32,000 nt of DNA from Candidatus Saccharimonadota bacterium. GTDB taxonomy: Archaea; Nanobdellota; Nanobdellia; Pacearchaeales; GW2011-AR1. The notes under the pieces are model-generated. The model was given only the letters and a program-made list of their open reading frames with translations, ran no database searches and was not told where the DNA came from. A program made the translations under genes and the position numbers. The DNA lies in NCBI GenBank assembly GCA_017609205.1, contig JAFCEL010000001.1:300001-332000 (forward strand). The letters are read 5' to 3'. Shown one piece after another: positions 1 through 8,112 of this stretch (the first letter of the stretch is position 1; every line of letters starts with the position of its first letter).

Positions 1-458
1 TATTCCAGCAATTTAACCTTATCCCTAACTTAACTGTAAAAGAAAATGTTATGTTACCAATGCTATTCCAGGAGATTGAAAAAGAAGAGAGAGAAAGAAA
101 AACAAAGAAACTATTAGAGATAGTTGAATTAAGTGATAGAGCAGAATATTATCCAAATCAAATTTCAGGAGGACAACAGCAAAGAGTTGCAATTGCGAGG
201 GCATTGGCAAATGATCCCCAAGTGATTCTCGCTGATGAACCAACAGGAAATCTAGATACAAAAACAGGAAACAAGATTATGGATTTCCTAAAAAAATTAA
301 ATAAAGAAGGAAAAACAATTATCATGGTAACGCATGATTCTGATTTAGCAAGAAACTATACCAATACGATCTATTCTGTTCGAGATGGAAAGATCGAATA
401 TATTGAAAAGAAGACTGGAAAGAAATGGAGACGGATTTCTTCATCTAAAGAGAATTAA
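1..458 (+). CDS. ABC transporter ATP-binding protein, MacB/LolD type (5' end outside window)
   Basis: Frame is open from nt 3 (FQQFNLIPNLTVKENVMLP). ABC signature ISGGQQQRVAIARAL, Walker B ILADEPTGNLD, H-loop MVTHD. Confidence 0.9.
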   Translation, partial: FQQFNLIPNLTVKENVMLPMLFQEIEKEERERKTKKLLEIVELSDRAEYYPNQISGGQQQRVAIARALANDPQVILADEPTGNLDTKTGNKIMDFLKKLNKEGKTIIMVTHDSDLARNYTNTIYSVRDGKIEYIEKKTGKKWRRISSSKEN

Positions 459-536
459 TGTTTTCATTATCCAGAAGTAACAATAAAAAGTTTTATAAAG
501 GCTGTATGTCATCTGAAAATTAAAGATAATAAGAAA

Positions 537-1394
537 ATGGATGCCCAAAAAGAACTAAAAATTATGTTTGGCTTAATTTTTTTAGTTTTTACCTTAAATG
601 TCACATCTGCAATAATTGTTGACGCAGAGTATATTACTATTTATCCTGGTGAACAAAAAAACATAAAAATAAATATTGAGAATAATCTTGATTATGATAT
701 TGAGGATGTTTCTATTGCACTAAACCTCGATAGTGTTCCATTCAATTTTATTGGAAGTTCTGAGAAACCCCTTGATAATTTAGATAGTGATGACGACGAT
801 AGTGCAACGTTTATAATCAGAGCATCTACTGATGCAATTCCAGGAGACTACCAAATCCCCTATACAGTAAGATATACAAATACTGACACAGATGAAAAAG
901 AAAATAAAACAGGAAAATTCGGAATCAGAATCTCTGCCAAAACAAATCTTGACTTTGTTGTTGAAACAAAAAATGCAATTGTTGGAAAACAAGGAAAAAT
1001 CTCATTGAAAGTTATAAATAAAGGGCTTGGAGAAGTCAAATTTGTGTCTGTGCAAATTTTCCCGCAAAATTACGAGTTGCTTTCATCTGATAAAGCATAT
1101 ATTGGAAATATTGACTCAGATGATTCTGATTTTGCAACATTTGATGTAATTTTCAGATCCTCAAATCCGATACTCTCAGCGAAAATAACCTACAAAGATT
1201 TCGATAATAATGCAAAAACCGAAATAATAAATGTCCCTATCAATGTTTATACCCAAGAAAAAGCGCTTGAGCTTGGTCTAATCAAAAAACCAAACTATAT
1301 TCCATATATGATTGTTGCAGGAATCCTGTTTCTGTGGTATATTATTAGAAAAATAAAAAAGAGAAAAAAGAATAAACAGCTAAGAAGAAACTAA
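537..1394 (+). CDS. Membrane-anchored secreted protein with two COG1361/CARDB-like beta-sandwich repeats (ABC-operon accessory protein)
   Basis: N-terminal signal/TM (MFGLIFLVFTLNVTSA), C-terminal TM plus basic tail (IVAGILFLWYIIRKIKKRKK). Two internally similar repeats each end in an SDDDDSATF / SDDSDFATF motif. Sits between the ABC ATPase and the permeases. Confidence 0.6.
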   Translation: MDAQKELKIMFGLIFLVFTLNVTSAIIVDAEYITIYPGEQKNIKINIENNLDYDIEDVSIALNLDSVPFNFIGSSEKPLDNLDSDDDDSATFIIRASTDAIPGDYQIPYTVRYTNTDTDEKENKTGKFGIRISAKTNLDFVVETKNAIVGKQGKISLKVINKGLGEVKFVSVQIFPQNYELLSSDKAYIGNIDSDDSDFATFDVIFRSSNPILSAKITYKDFDNNAKTEIINVPINVYTQEKALELGLIKKPNYIPYMIVAGILFLWYIIRKIKKRKKNKQLRRN

Positions 1395-1495
1395 GATGAA
1401 TTTTCCATTTGAAAATAAAAAATTAGGAGTTTTGTTGTTCCAGAATAAGATTATTGAACAATCCAAAAAACAAACATATTCTCAGATTATTGGAA

Positions 1496-1511
1496 GGAGG
1501 TAATTACCTCC
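1496..1511 (+). promoter_or_regulatory. Perfect 16-nt palindrome ggaggtaattacctcc containing the Shine-Dalgarno of the first permease gene
   Basis: GGAGGT lies 11 nt upstream of ATG 1513 and can pair with ACCTCC 4 nt downstream (6-bp stem, 4-nt loop). May occlude the RBS or act as an operator. Confidence 0.3.
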
Positions 1512-1512
1512 G

Positions 1513-2493
1513 ATGTTTTCAGATTATTTCTTACTTGCATTCAAAAACCTTAGGAAAAGGGGCTTACGTAGCTGGTTAACAATATTAGGAATCTTTATTG
1601 GTATTGCTGCTGTAGTTAGCTTAATTTCTCTTGGTGCTGGATTAAAGACTGCTATCATGGGACAGTTTGGCTCATTATCAGTTGATAAATTAACAATCCA
1701 AAATAAAGGAACAGGATTTGGACCGCCTGGTTCAACTGTTGTTAAAAAATTAAATGATCATGATGTTAAAATTATTGAAGAAATTAATGGGGTTGAAGTA
1801 GTTATAAAGAGACTACTCAGAGTTGCTAACTTTGAATATAATGATGCCTCTACCTTTAGTTATTTGGTGAGCCTTCCTAGTGATAAGAAAAAACTTTTGA
1901 TATGTTATGAGTCCCTGGGATTTGAAATTAAGGAAGGCCATCTTCTTGATACAGGAGAAATTGGAAGAATTTTGATTGGAAGGAAAATCGCAGAGGGAAA
2001 TCAATTTAGCAAAGAACTTAAGGTTGGAAAAAAATTAAAAATTAATGGCCAGGAATTTGAAATTGCAGGTATTCTAGAAAAAACAACTAATGCCCAATTA
2101 GATAATGTTGTTTTTATGTTTGAAAAAGATATGGAGGATTTATTAAGTATTGAAAATGAATATGACCTGCTTATAGTTCAGGTTGAAGATAAAGACAGAA
2201 TTAATGAAGTCGCAGAGGAAATCGAAAGAAAATTGAGAGAAGATAGAAACGAAAAAATAGGTAAAGAAAGTTTTAGTGTTGAAACCCCTCTACAAGCATT
2301 TTCAGCTGTTAATACCATTTTAAATGTAATCAATGCAATTATTATTGGTATTGCTGCAATTTCTCTTTTAGTGGGTGCAATTGGAATTGCAAATACAATG
2401 TATACTTCTGTTTTAGAAAGAACAAGAGAGATTGGGGTTATGAAGGCTATTGGTGCAAAGAATTCAGATATTATGTGGTTGTTTTTACAATGA
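1513..2493 (+). CDS. ABC transporter permease, MacB/FtsX family, paralog 1: TM1, extracytoplasmic domain and TM2 (frame ends prematurely)
   Basis: N-terminal KNLRKRGLRSWLTILGIFIGIAAVV (MacB TM1). FtsX loop motif TSVLERTREIGVMKAIGAKNSDI. Stop at 2491-2493, just before the expected TM3. Confidence 0.85.
   Translation: MFSDYFLLAFKNLRKRGLRSWLTILGIFIGIAAVVSLISLGAGLKTAIMGQFGSLSVDKLTIQNKGTGFGPPGSTVVKKLNDHDVKIIEEINGVEVVIKRLLRVANFEYNDASTFSYLVSLPSDKKKLLICYESLGFEIKEGHLLDTGEIGRILIGRKIAEGNQFSKELKVGKKLKINGQEFEIAGILEKTTNAQLDNVVFMFEKDMEDLLSIENEYDLLIVQVEDKDRINEVAEEIERKLREDRNEKIGKESFSVETPLQAFSAVNTILNVINAIIIGIAAISLLVGAIGIANTMYTSVLERTREIGVMKAIGAKNSDIMWLFLQ
2354..2487 (+). repeat. 134-nt near-identical tract, copy 1 (shared by the two permease paralogs, contains the frame break)
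   Basis: Hand alignment with 3527-3660 gives 133/134 identical (g at 2373 vs a at 3546). Flanking sequence is diverged. Confidence 0.9.
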
Positions 2494-2687
2494 TTGGATT
2501 AGGTGCTGCCATAGGAATCTCGAATATTGCTAATTATGCTTTAGGAAGTGATTTGTTTATTATCAGTATTTCATATCCTCTTTTATTTGGATCGATTATG
2601 TTTTCATTTGTAGTAGGTATTATCTCTGGAGTGTTACCTGCATTGCAGGCATCTAAATTAAATGTTGTTGATGCATTACGCTATTAA
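2475..2687 (+). CDS. C-terminal FtsX half (TM3-TM4) of permease paralog 1, in the -1 frame
   Basis: Open from gtg 2475. IGLGAAIGIS...VVGIISGVLPALQASKLNVVDALRY is the canonical FtsX C-terminus. Overlaps the upstream fragment by 19 nt. Confidence 0.8.
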   Translation: MVVFTMIGLGAAIGISNIANYALGSDLFIISISYPLLFGSIMFSFVVGIISGVLPALQASKLNVVDALRY

Positions 2688-2691
2688 GAAA

Positions 2692-3690
2692 ATGAAAATA
2701 GAATATTTTACACTTGCAATAAAAAATCTTAGAAAAAGAAAGTTGCGTAGTTGGCTAACCATGTTGGGTATTTTTATTTCAATAGCCACCATATTCACTC
2801 TTGTTTCATTATCTTTAGGATTGCAGGGTGCTGTTGAAGAGCAGTTCAGATTATTAGGAACTGATAAATTCTTTATCCAGCCAGCAACAGGTTTCCTAGG
2901 ACCTCTTGGAAGTGCTGGCGGAGTTATTCTAACTGAAGAAGATGTTAAATTTATCTCGAATATAAAAGGAGTGAAAGATTATTCTTATTTTGTTGCAGGA
3001 AACGCAAAAGTTGAATATTCAAATACAGAAAGATATATGATGGTATGGGGATTGCCTCCTGAGAGTCAAAGAGTTTATATTGAAACAGGGTCATTAAAAA
3101 CTGCAGAAGGAAGATTCTTAGAAGAAGGGGATAAATACTCTATTGTATTAGGAAATTACTTTAAAACAAAAAATCTTCTCGACAAACCAATTAGCGTGGG
3201 AAACAGAATTAAGATTAATGGTGTCAAATTTAGGGTTAAGGGAATTATGGAGCCTATTGGAAACCCTGATGATGATAGTTCGATTCTGATGGATATAAGA
3301 AGTTTTAGAGAAGTTTTTGATATTCCAAAGAGAATTGATTATATAATGATTCAAATTGATGAAGGAGAAGATATTAAAGAAGTCGCAGAAAGAACAGAAT
3401 ACAAACTAAGAAAATTCAGAGATGTGACAGAAAGCACACAGGATTTTACAATATTGACCCCTGAAGAATTGCTCAAGAGCTTCAAGAAGATCCTTAGTAT
3501 AATAACTTATTTTCTCGTGAGTGTTTCTGCAATTTCTCTTTTAGTAGGTGCAATTGGAATTGCAAATACAATGTATACTTCTGTTTTAGAAAGAACAAGA
3601 GAGATTGGGGTTATGAAGGCTATTGGTGCAAAGAATTCAGATATTATGTGGTTGTTTTTATGGTTGGAGGGATTGTCGGGGTTGGCTTAG
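2692..3690 (+). CDS. ABC transporter permease, MacB/FtsX family, paralog 2: TM1, extracytoplasmic domain and TM2 (frame ends prematurely)
   Basis: MKIEYFTLAIKNLRKRKLRSWLTMLGIFISIATIF, and the same TSVLERTREIGVMKAIGAKNSDI loop. ATG 2692 chosen over the longer ORF start at 2662 because it aligns with paralog 1. Confidence 0.85.
   Translation: MKIEYFTLAIKNLRKRKLRSWLTMLGIFISIATIFTLVSLSLGLQGAVEEQFRLLGTDKFFIQPATGFLGPLGSAGGVILTEEDVKFISNIKGVKDYSYFVAGNAKVEYSNTERYMMVWGLPPESQRVYIETGSLKTAEGRFLEEGDKYSIVLGNYFKTKNLLDKPISVGNRIKINGVKFRVKGIMEPIGNPDDDSSILMDIRSFREVFDIPKRIDYIMIQIDEGEDIKEVAERTEYKLRKFRDVTESTQDFTILTPEELLKSFKKILSIITYFLVSVSAISLLVGAIGIANTMYTSVLERTREIGVMKAIGAKNSDIMWLFLWLEGLSGLA
3527..3660 (+). repeat. 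134-nt near-identical tract, copy 2
   Basis: See copy 1. Confidence 0.9.
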
Positions 3691-3884
3691 GTTTTGGAAT
3701 AAGCAAGATAATTGAACTTATTATAGTGAATCAATTTAATATAACTCTTTTGAAAACAGCGTCTCCGTTATGGTTGGTTGTAGGGTGTTTTGGTTTTGGG
3801 TTCTTAATTGGTGCTGTTTCAGGAACACTTCCTGCAATTCAGGCAAGTAAAACAAATGTTGTTGATGCATTAAGATATGAATAG
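3648..3884 (+). CDS. C-terminal FtsX half (TM3-TM4) of permease paralog 2, in the -1 frame
   Basis: Open from gtg 3648. GGIVGVGLGFGISKIIE...GTLPAIQASKTNVVDALRYE. Confidence 0.8.
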   Translation: MVVFMVGGIVGVGLGFGISKIIELIIVNQFNITLLKTASPLWLVVGCFGFGFLIGAVSGTLPAIQASKTNVVDALRYE

Positions 3885-3984
3885 AAATTGTATAAGTTCT
3901 TATAACATAAATAGATAAGACCACACAAAAATTTAAAAATCTTCTAATTCTTAAAAAAGAATTCAATTTAAAATTGAGGTGTTT

Positions 3985-4185
3985 ATGGTAAAGAAATGTA
4001 TTTATTGCATGTGTGAAATATCTGATGAATCAGTGATTGATTTTTGTGATAAGTGTGGCAAGAATGTCTGGGGAGAGAATATGTTTAAGGCGATTGTGAA
4101 GAACATGGAAACCGCAAGAGACAATGGAGATTTGTGCCATATGAATAATACATGTGATATCTCTGGAGAAAAAGCAATCAGATAG
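3985..4185 (+). CDS. Small zinc-ribbon protein (CxxC...CxxC)
   Basis: MVKKCIYCMCEISDESVIDFCDKCGKNVWG. GAGGTG lies 5 nt upstream of ATG 3985; the ORF-track start at 3979 is a GTG. Confidence 0.6.
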   Translation: MVKKCIYCMCEISDESVIDFCDKCGKNVWGENMFKAIVKNMETARDNGDLCHMNNTCDISGEKAIR

Positions 4186-4215
4186 TTTTTTAAATAGTTT
4201 ATTTCTGAATTAAAT

Positions 4216-4473
4216 ATGAGTAAGAAAAAACCAGTAAGAACTAGGGGAAAAATCCAATTGAGCAAATATTTTCAAAAATTTAAAAAAGGAGATAGCGTAG
4301 CTGTTGTTATAGAACCTTCAGTCAGGTTCTCATTTCCAAAAAGAATCCAAGGAAGAACAGGGGTTATAGAGGGGGAAAGGGGAAGATCCTATATCACACG
4401 AATAAAAGAAATGAATTGTGAAAAGATATTTATTATAGATCCAATACATCTAAAAAAAATAAGAAAAAACTAG
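4216..4473 (+). CDS. rpl21e: 50S ribosomal protein L21e
   Basis: KGDSVAVVIEPSVRFSFPKRIQGRTGVIEGERGRSY matches the L21e SH3-like core. Conserved archaeal position upstream of rpoF. Confidence 0.85.
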   Translation: MSKKKPVRTRGKIQLSKYFQKFKKGDSVAVVIEPSVRFSFPKRIQGRTGVIEGERGRSYITRIKEMNCEKIFIIDPIHLKKIRKN

Positions 4474-4476
4474 AAA

Positions 4477-4785
4477 ATGATACTTAATCGAGAACTAATA
4501 AGCATGGTTGAAGCAAAAGAATATCTTAGCAAAGATAATGAAAAAGAAGCAGAACTAAAAGCTTTCATTGAAAAATTTACTGATTTGAACGTACAACAGG
4601 CAAAGGATCTGAGAGAAAAAATCAGTAAATTGGAGATTATAAAAGTAAAAAACGAGCATATATCAAAAATAATAGATATGCTTCCAGAAGACCCAGAGGA
4701 TTTAAATAAAATCTTCACAGATATCGGTTTAGACGATGATGAAACAAAAAGAATACTTGACGTTGTCAAGGAGTTTAAGCAATAA
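4477..4785 (+). CDS. rpoF: DNA-directed RNA polymerase subunit F (Rpo4/RpoF)
   Basis: About 100-aa acidic helical protein in the conserved archaeal rpl21e-rpoF-DUF655 arrangement. N-terminal ISMVEAKEYL resembles the RpoF start. Confidence 0.6.
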   Translation: MILNRELISMVEAKEYLSKDNEKEAELKAFIEKFTDLNVQQAKDLREKISKLEIIKVKNEHISKIIDMLPEDPEDLNKIFTDIGLDDDETKRILDVVKEFKQ

Positions 4786-4787
4786 AA

Positions 4788-5324
4788 ATGTCACGCGAAG
4801 AATTTGCAATTGTACTAGATTTTTTACCAAATGGATATCCTTTAGAGAAGAAGATAATTCCAATAGTCCAAGCTGTAGGTGAAAAGAGTTTTGTTCTTTT
4901 AGAACTAGTTCCAAGAAGAGGTGTTGTTTTTGAAGCAGGAGAAAAAGTTTATATTGGAGAGGGGAAACGAGATAAAATTTATTATATTCTTGGCAGATTA
5001 AACCGTGAAAAATTGACTGAATCAGGAAAAAACCAACTTCAAGACTTCATAAGAAAAACAATTAAAGAGCGGGAAAAAGAATTTCTGGATTTTTTTAATA
5101 AGGCAGAAGCCATTAACAAAAGAGTTCATCAAATTGAACTTCTTCCAGGATTAGGAAAGAAACATATGGTAGAGATACTTAAAGAAAGAGAGATAAAAAA
5201 GTTTGAATCATTTGAAGATATGAAAAAAAGAATACCTAATCTTCCAGATCCTGAGAAAGTGATTGAAAAAAGAATCTTTCAAGAATTGACTAATTTTGAA
5301 AGGCATAATTTGTTTGTAAAATGA
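4788..5324 (+). CDS. DUF655-family protein (OB fold plus helix-hairpin-helix, putative nucleic-acid binding)
   Basis: AIVLDFLPNGYP...LLELVPRRGV...IELLPGLGKKHMVEILKERE (HhH). Conserved neighbour of rpoF in archaea. Confidence 0.75.
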   Translation: MSREEFAIVLDFLPNGYPLEKKIIPIVQAVGEKSFVLLELVPRRGVVFEAGEKVYIGEGKRDKIYYILGRLNREKLTESGKNQLQDFIRKTIKEREKEFLDFFNKAEAINKRVHQIELLPGLGKKHMVEILKEREIKKFESFEDMKKRIPNLPDPEKVIEKRIFQELTNFERHNLFVK

Positions 5325-5791
5325 CAGGACAAAAAGAATCAAAGAATTATGAAGAAAAAATTATAAGAATCCTTTCAAAAGACATACCAGGAGGGATGAC
5401 AGTCTATTCAGGATTAACAAGAATAAAAGGGGTTTCTTGGGCAGTTTCAGGGGCAACATGTCATTCTTTAAAAATTGATAGGAAAAAAAAGATAGGAGAA
5501 CTTACACAAGAAGAGATTAAAAAAATAACAGAATTTATTAAAAATCCGAATATAAAACCTTTTTTAAAAAACAGGGCAAAAGATTTTGAAAGTGGAGAAG
5601 ACAAACATTTAATCGGAAGTGATCTAGATTTAAGAAAAGAATTTGATATAAAAAGATTGAAAAAAATAAGGAGTTATAGGGGATTAAGACATTCTGCAGG
5701 ACTTCCTTTAAGAGGACAAAGAACAAAATCAAACTTCAGAAAGAATAGGGCAAAAGGAGCAGGAATTAAAAAGAAGGGGAAGAAAAAATGA
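5321..5791 (+). CDS. rps13: 30S ribosomal protein S13 (uS13)
   Basis: IRSYRGLRHSAGLPLRGQRTKSNFRKN. ATGA overlap with the upstream gene. Confidence 0.9.
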   Translation: MTGQKESKNYEEKIIRILSKDIPGGMTVYSGLTRIKGVSWAVSGATCHSLKIDRKKKIGELTQEEIKKITEFIKNPNIKPFLKNRAKDFESGEDKHLIGSDLDLRKEFDIKRLKKIRSYRGLRHSAGLPLRGQRTKSNFRKNRAKGAGIKKKGKKK

Positions 5792-6270
5792 AAAGAAAAC
5801 ATAAGAAATATTCTAGGCCAAAGAGACCTTTTGACAAAAAACGAATTGAAGAAGAAGCACAAATAAAGAAAGAATTTGGTCTAAAAAATAAAAGGGAAAT
5901 TTGGAGAGCTGAAGCACAAATAAAATCTATTAGAGAAAAAGCAAAAAAATTAATTTCTGCAGAAGAAGAAAAACAAAAAGAATTATTTGAAAGATTAAAA
6001 AAGAAAGGTTTTAATGTTAATTCAATTGCAGATGTCTTAGGTCTGGATAAAAGAGATTATTTAAAGAGAAGATTACAAACAATCCTCTTTGAAAAGAAAC
6101 TTGCTCCAACGATAAAAACTGCGAGGCAACTAATCGTCCATAGAAAAGTTCTTATTAATGACAGAGTTATAGATAGCCCCTCATATATAGTTCCTGTTGA
6201 ATTAGAAGAAAAGATAGTTGTAAAAAAGACTGATAAAGCAAAAAATAATGGAGAGAAGAAAAATGAATAA
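5788..6270 (+). CDS. rps4: 30S ribosomal protein S4 (uS4)
   Basis: KKYSRPKRPFDKKRIEEE N-terminus and an S4 RNA-binding domain (RRLQTILFEKKLAPTIKTARQLIVHRKVLINDRVIDSPSYIV). Confidence 0.9.
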   Translation: MKRKHKKYSRPKRPFDKKRIEEEAQIKKEFGLKNKREIWRAEAQIKSIREKAKKLISAEEEKQKELFERLKKKGFNVNSIADVLGLDKRDYLKRRLQTILFEKKLAPTIKTARQLIVHRKVLINDRVIDSPSYIVPVELEEKIVVKKTDKAKNNGEKKNE

Positions 6271-6715
6271 TGAAAAACAAAAAGAAACAGAAAAAAAAGA
6301 AGAACAAATGAAGAAGGAAGAAAAAAAACCTAAAAAAGAAAGGAATATCGAAGCTGTTCTTAACATTTATACTTCATTTAACAATACTCTTGCTCATGCT
6401 ACAGATATGTCAGGAATAACGCTTGCAAAAGTTACAGGAGGTATGGTAACCAAACACAGCAGATTAAAAGCAAATCCAACAATTGCTATGTTTATTGCAA
6501 AAAGAATTTCAGAAAACCTAAAAGACTTGGGAGTAAAGTCCCTTTATGTTAGAATTAGAACAAAAACAAGAAATCCTGCTCCTGGACCTGGTGCACATGC
6601 AATTATAAAAAGTTTAACACGTGAAGGATTTAAAATTTTGAATATTCTTGATACAACAAGAATTCCTCGTGGCGGCCCTAAGAAAAAAGGTGGAAGAAGA
6701 GGTAGAAGAGTTTAG
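6248..6715 (+). CDS. rps11: 30S ribosomal protein S11 (uS11) with a K/E-rich N-terminal extension
   Basis: NIYTSFNNTLAHATD...PGPGAHAIIKSLTREGFKI. The start could also be ATG 6263. Confidence 0.9.
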   Translation: MERRKMNNEKQKETEKKEEQMKKEEKKPKKERNIEAVLNIYTSFNNTLAHATDMSGITLAKVTGGMVTKHSRLKANPTIAMFIAKRISENLKDLGVKSLYVRIRTKTRNPAPGPGAHAIIKSLTREGFKILNILDTTRIPRGGPKKKGGRRGRRV

Positions 6716-6750
6716 GTAAAGTTTAAAAGTTAACATAAACACAAATTAAA

Positions 6751-7467
6751 ATGGAATTAATAGAGCGAAAAGAAAACCAAATTAAATTTAAAGCAAAAAT
6801 AAATGAAGAACTAGCTAATGCTATTAGACGTTCTGTTAATCAGATTCCTATAATCGCTATTGATGAAGTGGAGATTTTCAAGAATGATTCTCCTCTTTAT
6901 GATGAGACAATTGCCCACAGAATGGGTCTCATACCCCTAAAATTTAAAAAACTCAGTGGAAAAAAACCATTTGAGATTAAACTGGAAAAAAAAGGTGGAG
7001 GGTATGTATATTCTGATGAACTAAAAGGAGATGTCGAAAGCGTATATAAGAGGATACCAATTACTTATCTAAAAAAAGGTGAATCAATTAAGATTAATGC
7101 CATTGCTAAAACTGGAACAGGAAAAGAGCATTCTAAATTCTCTCCTGGTCTGATGTTTTACAGAAATATTGCTAAAATAAAAATCAATCCTAATTGCTCA
7201 GATGGAATTGTTGAAGTATGCCCAAAAAAAGTTTTTGAAAAAAAAGATGGAAAAATCTCAATAAAAAATGAAGAGAAATGTAATATGTGTGGATTATGTG
7301 AAGAATATTGTAAAAAGAAAAACAAAGAAGATGTTAAAATTTCTCCAGGAGATGAACTACAAATAACTATAGAATCTTTTGGACAAATTAGCGCAGATAA
7401 TCTTTTCAAGAAAGCTATTGAGGTTTTGAAAAAGAATCTTGAAGAATTCTCTAAAAAAATTAATTAA
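6751..7467 (+). CDS. rpoD: DNA-directed RNA polymerase subunit D (Rpo3) with a ferredoxin-like 4Fe-4S domain
   Basis: ANAIRRSVNQIPIIAIDEVEIFKNDSPLYDETIAHRMGLIPL, plus the Cys cluster CPKK...CNMCGLCEEYC. Confidence 0.9.
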   Translation: MELIERKENQIKFKAKINEELANAIRRSVNQIPIIAIDEVEIFKNDSPLYDETIAHRMGLIPLKFKKLSGKKPFEIKLEKKGGGYVYSDELKGDVESVYKRIPITYLKKGESIKINAIAKTGTGKEHSKFSPGLMFYRNIAKIKINPNCSDGIVEVCPKKVFEKKDGKISIKNEEKCNMCGLCEEYCKKKNKEDVKISPGDELQITIESFGQISADNLFKKAIEVLKKNLEEFSKKIN

Positions 7468-7470
7468 TTA

Positions 7471-7554
7471 TGCGGGCGAAAGGATTCGAACCTTCGTAGG
7501 CACTAAGCCAACAGATTTTGAGTCTGTCCCGTTTGACCGCTCCGGCACGCCCGC
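7471..7554 (-). tRNA. tRNA-Leu (anticodon CAA), class II with long variable arm, no encoded CCA
   Basis: Reverse complement folds by hand: acceptor GCGGGCG/CGCCCGC plus discriminator A, and a 3-bp D stem. Anticodon stem ACAGA/TCTGT with loop CTCAAAA. Variable arm GGC-TTAGT-GCC. T arm GAAGG-TTCGAAT-CCTTT. Confidence 0.92.
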
Positions 7555-7704
7555 TTGAAAATAATATTAATTATGAGTATAAAAAGATTTATAACTCTAA
7601 GGCGTGCCTCTCTTAATTACGAAAACCTTTTAAACCAATTTAGATTCAAATTTTTACCTGCGAGTTAATGCGTTAGCGGGATAATGCGTTTTCTCGTCAT
7701 TAAA

Positions 7705-8112
7705 ATGAAAAGTAAATCAAAAATCTCAAAACAATTAAAAAGAAAAACAAACCCTTTATTAGTTGAAACCATAAATCTTGCTAAAAAAAATGATAAGTGG
7801 TTAGAAATCAGTCAAATTCTTTCAGGCCCTCGAAAAAGAAGGTCTAATTTAAATATCGCAGATCTAAACAGAGTAAAAAAAGATATTGTTGTTCCTGGAA
7901 AAATCCTCTCGCAAGGAGAGATTGATAAAAAAATAAAGATAGTTGCTCTTGGTTTTTCTAAAAAAGCTGAAGAAAAATTAAAAAAAGCTGGATGCGAAAT
8001 TTCAACAATTGCAGAAGAAATTAACAAAAACCCAAACATGAGTGGTCTGGAAATTTTCAAAAAACAAGAAAAAATCCCTAATTTAAAAGATTTGAAGGAT
8101 ATAGAAAAATGA
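7705..8112 (+). CDS. rpl18e: 50S ribosomal protein L18e
   Basis: KRKTNPLLVETINLAKK...LSGPRKRRSNLNIADLNR...VVPGKILSQGEIDKKIKIVALGFSKKAEEKLKKAG. ATG 7705 preferred over 7684. Confidence 0.85.
   Translation: MKSKSKISKQLKRKTNPLLVETINLAKKNDKWLEISQILSGPRKRRSNLNIADLNRVKKDIVVPGKILSQGEIDKKIKIVALGFSKKAEEKLKKAGCEISTIAEEINKNPNMSGLEIFKKQEKIPNLKDLKDIEK

Noticed and set aside
49-261. Antisense ORFs inside well-supported genes. Examples: 49-261, 780-992, 1813-2004, 3148-3354, 4470-4769, 5538-5862, 7158-7409, 7812-8060, 8388-8588, 9438-10351, 12490-12678, 13132-13479, 21977-22268, 22759-23154, 24954-25430, 26830-27060, 29061-31183.
   Set aside because: Each lies opposite a CDS with clear family motifs. Their products are low-complexity (F/L/I/S-rich) translations typical of shadow ORFs in AT-rich DNA.
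1396-1503. 35-codon ORF (MNFPFENKKLGVLLFQNKIIEQSKKQTYSQIIGRR) between the COG1361-like gene and permease 1, a possible leader peptide
   Set aside because: It has no recognisable RBS or promoter of its own and no motif, and this length is expected by chance in a 118-nt spacer.
3946-3963. AT-rich hairpin aattctt-aaaa-aagaatt after the permease genes, considered as a terminator
   Set aside because: It is a 7-bp all-weak stem in about 30 percent GC DNA, which is expected by chance. Archaeal terminators are oligo-T tracts.
6248-6350. K/E-rich low-complexity stretch at the rps4/rps11 junction, considered as a separate small gene
   Set aside because: It is in frame with, and continuous with, the rps11 core. 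Basic or acidic N-terminal extensions of r-proteins are common.
7471-7554. tRNA-Leu as an integration target for the recombinase-bearing block
   Set aside because: I found no duplicated copy of the tRNA 3' end elsewhere in the window. The accessory block also starts 1.2 kb away, after rpl18e, rpl13 and rps9.
7655-7695. Direct repeat taatgcgtt (7665-7673 and 7682-7690) flanked by gcgag/ctcgt in the rpl18e leader, a possible autoregulatory RNA structure
   Set aside because: There is only a 9-nt repeat and a weak stem with a G-U pair. It cannot be told apart from chance without covariation data.
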